A stretch of 32,089 bases of DNA from Octopus sinensis (Eukaryota): the NCBI RefSeq assembly GCF_006345805.1, contig NW_021829645.1, forward strand, positions 1-32,089, written 5' to 3'. Shown here one piece after another: positions 25,159 to 32,089 of the stretch (position 1 is the stretch's first letter; each line of letters starts with the position of its first letter). The translations under genes were made by a program, and so were the position numbers. The notes under the pieces are model-generated. The model searched no databases. It saw only the letters and a program-made list of their open reading frames with translations, and was not told where the DNA came from.

Positions 25159-25380
25159 TGTGGAAAGATTCTGACAACATTACAAGTGACTAAAAATGGT
25201 CTGACACATTTCCATTACATGGAGAACTGTCTAGTCGTAAGCAATTGATTGTGAACAATTGTTAGGTAAGCATTTTCCTATGATCCGTTGGCAGAGAGCG
25301 TCGAGTCTCATGTAATAGTAATCGTATTGCGTCGTGTAAACAGCTTCGTCAATTATATATCCAATACCAGGATATAGAAC
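25159..25380 (+). repeat. Gypsy 3' LTR
   Basis: Starts TGTGGAAAGATTC after purine-rich AAAGAGGA and ends ..TAGAAC before the TSD. Clearly diverged from the 5' LTR. Confidence 0.85.
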
Positions 25381-27255
25381 GTATTCAGGGCCAAACTTAG
25401 CACAACACTACGAACTGTCAATGGTCGCCTGCTGTACAGTCAGTTGTATATTATTAATGCATCAAAGAGTGGAAGCAAGTCAGAACTCCCAAAGCTCTTC
25501 TCAAAGAATGGGTGTCATGTGCAACAAGTAAATCCTTAGGCTGAGTTATATGGGAACATGCACTTAATTGAACAACAAGAGATTGGAAGTGCCAGGAGTG
25601 AAAATTTACAATTACGAAAGTGTGAAATACATTTCAAAAGAACGGGATATATAAGGCGCTACAATTTTTCCCCTAGCAATGAAATAACTGTTCCCTGAAA
25701 ACCCTAATTGCCATGAGAGAGAAAATAATCTGCAGCGAAATAAGACTTTTGAAAACCGATATATCATTGGATTTCTGAAGGATATGGTGGACAGACATGT
25801 ATTTGATGTAAGAGTAACTCATGTCCGTGTCATTGAGTTTCAAAAGAGAGGACTTCCACACTCCCGTATGCTCGTAGACAAAGTGAAGATCAGAGATGAT
25901 ATAGACAGAATGGTACCAGCAGAAATTTCTGATTTAAATGATGAACCTGTCTTGCATGATTTAATTTTTAAAAATTCATGAGACTTAGACCTTGTGGTGT
26001 TGATAACCCCTCATCGCAATACACGTGGAATGGCTCTTGCCAAACAAAGTTTCCCAAGAACAACAGAAATGAGACACTACTAAATATTAATGGATATCCA
26101 GAGTACAGGAGGCACAATAAAGGGATCACATCACAAGTTGGATGCCATTCTTTTAACAACTGGTATGTCGTTCCATACTATGCTTACCTATTAAAGAAAT
26201 TCCGAGCTCATATTAACGTTGAAGTTTGCTCATCTGTAAAAATGTCAAGTATATATGCAAGTATGTCTAAAACGGTCGTGATAGCGCTTCAGTTGAAGTA
26301 AGGAATGATGCAGTTGCAGAAGTTGGACAGACTCAGCAACCTCATGGTTAAATCAGAAATTATTTTGCGTGTTGATATGTTTCAGCTTCTAAAGCCTTAT
26401 GGAGAATGTCTATGTAGAAGCTGCATGACTCGTCCCACACTGTCTACAGTTTAGCAGTTCACTTTGAAGACCATCGGAGACTGAGCTTTCACAGAGGTAG
26501 CACTTAGCAACCTGCTCAAGAACAGAGAGATCGTGACAATACTCTCACTGCATGGTTCAAACTGAATGAGCACAATTAACGGAAGTACTTGTACCCTAAC
26601 ATTCCTATGCGTTATGTGTTTAATGAACGTACAAAAACCATGAACACTCAGGAGAAAATCAATACCATCGGCTGCAGAATGAACACAGTGAGTCCTAAGG
26701 ACGTAAAAAAAATTCATTTACGATTGCTATTTCGGATGTTCCAGGTGCTAAGCGCTTTGAGAAGTGAGCAGTGTAGGAGGTGAAATTTATGCAACATTTA
26801 AAGATGCGTACATATGAGTTGGTCTCCTCCAAAATGATGAGAGTTTGGAGCACACTATACTTGAAGCTACTGCATGTCGGATGCCATTTCAGTTGTGTAT
26901 TACGTTTGCTGTCCTCTGCACCTATTCAAGTTCTTCCAATGTTCTTCGCCTGTGGAATACTGACAAGAATTCTATGATGGAAGATTATGCTCACCGAGGG
27001 CTGAATGCAGACTCTACACTTCATAAATTCTGTGTAATTGAAAATGGCATTAGCTGGTTTAATATTAGCTTGCTTGAACCAATTGGAATGTAACGGGTTG
27101 AGCAGAAAGATGACATGAAGCACCCACTCATTGCAACCCTTACCAACGAGAAGAAAGGGATCGCCGATGCAGTCATTAAAGACAGTTGGTAAGAAAAGGT
27201 TGAGGTGAGATGCTGGAATCTTTCTATTTCTCTGCTGATTTTCCCGGAGGCTGTA
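25381..27255 (+). mobile_element. Helitron, 3' part (Rep domain and start of Pif1 helicase), decayed and truncated
   Basis: IQGQT*H, YSQLYII, RRYN..NE, HUH motif VIEFQKRGLPHSR, PCG..C..KFPK, GYPEYRR, VVPY..YLLKKFRAHINVEVC, then KYICKY after a frameshift. Ends at ADFPGGC, the start of a Walker A-like motif. Rep motif 1 is not seen, so an internal deletion is inferred. Confidence 0.92.
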
Positions 27256-27501
27256 ACTTCATAAATTCCAATTCAATCCGTACACTTCTGTAAATTTCTT
27301 ATTTACTTTTGCAACGTTTTGTGTTTTGTGTTTGTTGTTGTTGAAGGAATTACTGATAAATGTAAGTTCATAATTTACTGCCAGGAGTAACTTCAAACAT
27401 TTCACTTAAACCCGCGCACATAGTTAATTTCCTTAAAAATTTCTTATTTACCACATTTGTTTTCAAGTAACACTCTGTTTTAAATTTCCGGTTTCATAGG
27501 A

Positions 27502-29952
27502 TTATGCTTCGTCATTCATACGTACCATCCTTGCTACATTCACCCATCTTTCTTAAAACATTCGCTAGACAAAACTTGCCTCTCTGCTCTCACTTTGTTT
27601 TTCAAGTGATCCTTGAAGAGATGATACAAGAAGATGTTGAAAGATTGACCAGAGGGGAAAGCGTTTGTCTCCAATCCTTTCATACGCGTCCACCAGATAC
27701 ATTATTTCGCCATATGATGAAAATAGCTCTTCCTTTCTGCTTGAAAGAAAGAGGCGTGACAATATTGACGATAGACTCGGCTGTTAAACCGACTCGTCCC
27801 ACACATGACAGCAGTTGTTCGACATAAGCCCACAGTTCGGAAATGTTTGGACACTGCACGAGTGCGTGCAGAACGGTTTCGTCACTCTGTCCGCATCTCG
27901 GGCAGGTCGGCCCCGTATTCCTCGAGCTGTGTCTGTTGAGTTTATCCCGAAGGAGTAGCGCTTCTCGGTAGCACTGCCAGGTAAAGGATCTCTGGATGTT
28001 GTGAATGGGCCCTGGCCCGAAAGTCGTCTTGAACAGGCGGGTCAGATATTCCTCGTCGACGTCCAGGTTCGCCCCGAGCTCGTCGTCGCACCTCCCCTCC
28101 ACTAATCCCCTATAGAATGCTTGGGTTGTGTTGATGTCACTCATGGTCGACCCAGGACGGCATAATTGCTTGACAGCAATGGGACACTCGCGGTGCCATT
28201 CGCCCCTTCTCGGCCTCTTTTTGATCCACGGCTGCAGTTTGGTCATGGAGATGAGTTGCGGGAAAGCGTGCCTCACAAACGGCGACCACACCTGTTCACC
28301 GTCGTCTACGTAGAGCCTGAGATGTCGCAGTCTCAGCGCGTGTCTGCGCATCATAAAAAAGGCATGGCCAGCCCTCCCCTTTAACGGTTGTTGACAGCAA
28401 ATGGATCGCATCGGGACGCATCCTTTCCACATGACGCGAAAGAGAATGCGTTCTAGTTTGGTGATGGTAGGGTCGGGACAAGGCACGACGGTCAGGCAGT
28501 AGTAGATGACGTACGCGATGTACGAGTTCGCCACCTCCGCCCGACATTTTAGGGACAGTTTCTCTCGGCCCATTGCCGGGCGAGAGTGGCCACCCTGCTC
28601 ATTATCTCGTTCCACTTTTTCGCCATTTGGAGGTCTCGCCCAAACCAGAACCTGAGAAACTCGACCGGACCGTCGGTCCAGCGTCCCACAACGGAGGCGC
28701 TGGTGGACTGCATGGGCTTGCTTCTCCAGGTGCCGAGTCGCAAGCCCACTGATTTTTCCCGGTTGATTTTCGGTCCTGTCACCGCTACGTAGTCTTTCAG
28801 TGTCTCGCCGACATGCTCGATGTGCTCGTATGCCGACACGCTCGTCACGAATCCCAATTCTCGTGGGATGACCCTCATAGTTGGCAGCTTCCGTAATAAT
28901 GGCTCGAGAGTCAATGCGTTCGGAAGCGACGAGAGGAGGCATCCGTAACGGACATAACGTGCAATGTCTAAAGGTCTATATAGAAGTCCATTTTCGCGAA
29001 TTACCGTACGGATGCCTGTGTACAAACGGCTATCCAGCCGCGGAAGACTGGACCGAATCCAGCCGCTCTGAGGACAGCTTCCAAGTATCGATGGTCTACC
29101 CTATCGAAAGCTTTCGATTGATCCAAATTGATCTGCGCTCCACCCGTGCCAGATTCCTTAACTACCCTGTCTATGATGTAGCGCATCAGGTGGCGGTCGT
29201 CATGGATGCTCCGGCCCGGCACGGCGCACGTTTGCGCCTTGTCGACCAGTTTCTCGATGACAAGCGCCAACCTCTTGGCTAACACCTTGGCCAAAATTTT
29301 CAAGTCCTCCCCTCAGCAACGTAATGGGCCTAAAGTTATCTATAACATTCCCCTTGTTGAGATCTTTCTTCAGCAGTGTTACGGCTCCTCGGATCACAAA
29401 ACCAGGAATGCTCTAGTTTTGCTGGCAGTTGCAGTACACCGCTGCCAAGACGTCTCCAAAAAGTCTGGAATACAACTGTAAAGCTCGTGGTGTAGACAAA
29501 CAAAACCCATCGATTTGTATCTCGAGCATTCTGCCATCGCGTCCTGCGCTTCCGCCGCCCTGATGGCACCTTCGCAGCGCCCTGCCTCTCTTGTCGAGAA
29601 TCGTGGTAGGCTGTGTAGGTAGGTACCGAAGTCCACCCTAAGTTCTTGCCCGCCACTAGTCCCGAACAGTCGGCCAAAATGCTGTTGGAAGGCCTCACAC
29701 GTTTTACTTGGTTCGAGCAATTCGCGCCCCTGTTCATCTACCAGGGGTAGACGACTTTGTTGCTCCGTTGTGCCCCTGTTCATCTACCAGAGGTAGATGA
29801 CTTTGTTGCTCTGTTGCGCTTCTGCCACCCGGGCTTCTCTCGCGGCTCTAACACCTTCGTTCCTTAGAGCACGCATCCTAGCTCTGACAACACACCCTTC
29901 GTGTTTGGCGTTGAAGTGTTGGTCGAGGGCCAACCTCGCCGCCAAATCGTCG
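27502..29952 (-). mobile_element. Tx1/L1-group LINE ORF2, 5'-truncated and frameshifted
   Basis: NFRPITLL, KILAKVLAKRL..AQTCAVPGRSIHD, LDQSKAFDRVDH..GFGP.F..WI, GPKINREKS, and the CCHC knuckle CPRCGQSDETVLHALVQC. The 5' end abuts (ATAG)n. The 3' UTR boundary is not resolved. Confidence 0.92.
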
Positions 29953-30057
29953 GATAGATAGATAGATAGATAGAGCGAGAGAGACAGAGAGAAACATACA
30001 TACATACAAACATACATACAAACATACTTATATATACATACATACTTAGATAAAAAG

Positions 30058-30141
30058 AATAAACTTAAAAATCGGTATGCCAATCACGTAGCCTCCTTCC
30101 GACATAAGGACACAAGCAAAGCTACTAAGTTCGCTACCTAT
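30058..30141 (+). pseudogene. Fragment resembling a Penelope-like GIY-YIG endonuclease
   Basis: NKLKNRYANHVASFRHKDTSKATKFATY resembles the K.RY.NH..SF.....T.LS.Y segment of PLE GIY-YIG domains (from recall). Short. Confidence 0.55.
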
Positions 30142-30446
30142 TCTTTATTAACATTTTGCTATCTTTCCATCCCTTTAATTTAAGAGCTAAAAAGGATTAC
30201 ACTTTCACCTTTTCTACTTTTTAATTTTTAGATTTTTGTGTTTTCATTTTCTTTTGTTTTAACCTTCTACATTTTCTATATGCTGTATTCTCAGTTTTCT
30301 CAAGTTTCTTCTCTTATTCATTTTTCTTTAGTTCGTAACGATATGTTGTTTGTGCCATGTGTATATTTTGAGATATCCCTCAACATATGAAACTGAACTT
30401 AAAGTCAGGTACTGTGTCCATTAAATAAATAAATAGTATATATATA

Positions 30447-30659
30447 TTGTTGTTTGTTCATTCTCGAGCCATGCCTGGCTCATAAGGGACGGGGCACTGG
30501 ACCTCTGCCGGTGAGCTGCTAGAAGTAGGAGGAAAGAGTGAGAGAATGTGGTGGAGCTGAGGAGTTCCGCTCATAATCAAACATCGCATAATCTGAGATT
30601 CGAAACCGCGATCCCTCGAGCGCGAGTCTGCTGCTCTAACCACTAGAACTTCTGCCTCC
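30447..30659 (-). mobile_element. Third SINE family (tRNA-like head), inverted
   Basis: Minus strand GGAGGCAGAAGTTCTAGTGGTTAGAGCAGCAGACTCG..GGTTTCGAATCTC (A- and B-box-like), ending in an (AAC)n tail. Confidence 0.75.
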
Positions 30660-30904
30660 ATATATATATACATATATACCGACATGTTGGAACCCGGCTT
30701 TACTCGTGTTTTCCGTGTAGAAGTTAAGCCCACCTCTGATCTTGTATCGAAATCTTCTACATTCTCTCTACCAACTGTTACCAATTAAGATGTTATATCT
30801 GATTCGGCAGGCATTTTACCCGCTTAACGCTTTCGACATACTCCTCCATACTGGGCCGTCTGAAATAGCAGTGAAACGTTTGGGTGTACTTCGACACATT
30901 GAGA

Positions 30905-31520
30905 GCGATGTCTTTTTATTTCTCCCCCCCCCCTGAATGTCATCGTTGTTACAAAATTAAGCAGTGTGTTCAATCTGAGTAAAATCTAAAGAAAAGTGGT
31001 AAGGTTATGTCATAAAATAGAATCCATGTGACCATTTACATGAAAATATTCCATTAACATTTTAATCTCAATACGTTATATAAATAACCGACGTTTTATA
31101 TATTATAATTTTACACACTGGACAATTTTCTTCAAAATCAGTTCGTTATTTCATTGTGAATGATTTTGACGATTTCTGCCTTTCATCATTTTAATTTTAA
31201 TGCTATTACATGACTCAGGCCTTAAACTTTACCTAAAAGTCGAAGTTCATCAAAATCGGATGAATTGTGTAAAAGTTACAGCCTAAAATACTAATCCTAT
31301 GGGTGATTGCATACAATAAGCCTATTGATTTTTTAAAACGCAGTTATCGATTTTTTGTCAACTCTTCATCTGGTATCAACTAATGGACATGAACTGTAAT
31401 CACGTGTAAAATTTCTACAAAATCGTTAAAATGTCTGTATGCACATTTATCTACAATTCATATTTCATTAAAATCGGATGAAAAATATGAAATTTACGGC
31501 CAAAATAAAAACCCTGTGGG
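30905..31520 (+). mobile_element. Second copy of the AAAATCGG-motif interspersed repeat
   Basis: Colinear with 4657-5340, e.g. TGGTAAGGTTAT, TCCATGTGACCATTTACA and AATCCTATGGGTGATTGCAT. Confidence 0.85.
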
Positions 31521-31527
31521 TATAGGT

Positions 31528-32089
31528 TTTTAAATTTTAGGAGTTTATCTATTCCGTCAAAAATCCGGAATTGCTATGGGTACAAGGGCAGCACCAGTCA
31601 TTGCGAACTTAACAATGGGATACATGGAAATAATCATTTACCAGGAATCTCTATCAATCTTTGGAAACTCCCTCTCTCAATACATAAAACAGAATTGGAA
31701 ACGATTCCTAGACGATTGTTTCATTCTCTGGAATGAAAACATAGATAAACTCCTAAAATTTAAAAACCTATTGAACAGCATAAACCCAAATATACAGTTC
31801 ACAATGGAATACAACCAAAAGGAGCTCCCGTTCTTGGATATACTAATTAAAAAAATTAACCTTAATAAAAAACAGACATTTTTTACAAAACCACAGACGC
31901 CAAACAATACCTTCTTTTTAATTCATGCCACCCAAGACACACTAAAACAAACATCCCCTTCAACCTTGCAAGAAGGATATGCACAATAGTGTCAGAACAA
32001 AATACCAGGAACTTTAGACTGCAAGAACTCAAAAACCCCTAATTGACAGACATTACCCAGCTCAACTCATAGAGGATGGGATCAGACGT
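31528..32089 (+). mobile_element. Penelope-like element reverse transcriptase fragment (runs off the right edge)
   Basis: QKSGIAMGTRAAPVIANLTM, WKRFLDDCF, LNSINPNIQFTME, LPFLDILI, then after a frameshift TDIFYKTTDAKQYLLFNSCHP..K.NIP. These are typical PLE RT and thumb motifs. Confidence 0.92.

Larger units (their letters stand above)
21543..25380 (+). mobile_element. Ty3/Gypsy LTR retrotransposon, decayed, nested in the Helitron
   Basis: Two LTRs, TSD GTAT (21539-21542 and 25381-25384), PBS-like TGGCGAG at 21750. Gag knuckle CCGCGGQHLKSIC (about 22416), protease-like GSDISII, RT (DFSTGLN..YPLP..DLSDAY, SYPDDILI), RNase H (VTSDASEYCIGAV, TDHRPL, RLQRW..YEFKIEY), then integrase remnants (LLKEFH, VYWP). 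The order PR-RT-RH-IN indicates Gypsy. Confidence 0.92.

Overview
AT-rich, microsatellite-rich eukaryotic (animal) DNA. The tRNA-derived SINEs resemble those I recall from octopus, so a cephalopod origin is inferred but not proven. Most of the window is decayed transposable elements: a near-full-length RTE LINE with a 10-bp TSD, a 5'-truncated R4/Dong-type element sitting in a (TAA)n tract, a Helitron interrupted by a Gypsy LTR element (4-bp TSD, Helitron reading frame rejoins), a Tx1/L1-type LINE, Penelope-like RT and GIY-YIG fragments, mariner and CR1-like remnants, and several SINEs. Three signals are not shown by the ORF track. (i) A clean 72-bp symmetric leucine-rich-repeat exon on the minus strand (17743-17814) suggests the window is intronic DNA of a large LRR gene. 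(ii) Two unrelated non-coding inverted-repeat (foldback) elements carry minimal hammerhead-ribozyme motifs, one with a U3-A8 variant core on both arms. (iii) A local duplication (1-1660 vs 14142-17253) preserves the empty and filled Dong target site side by side. No intact multi-exon host gene or intact TE ORF is visible, and most short ORFs in the track are microsatellite artefacts.
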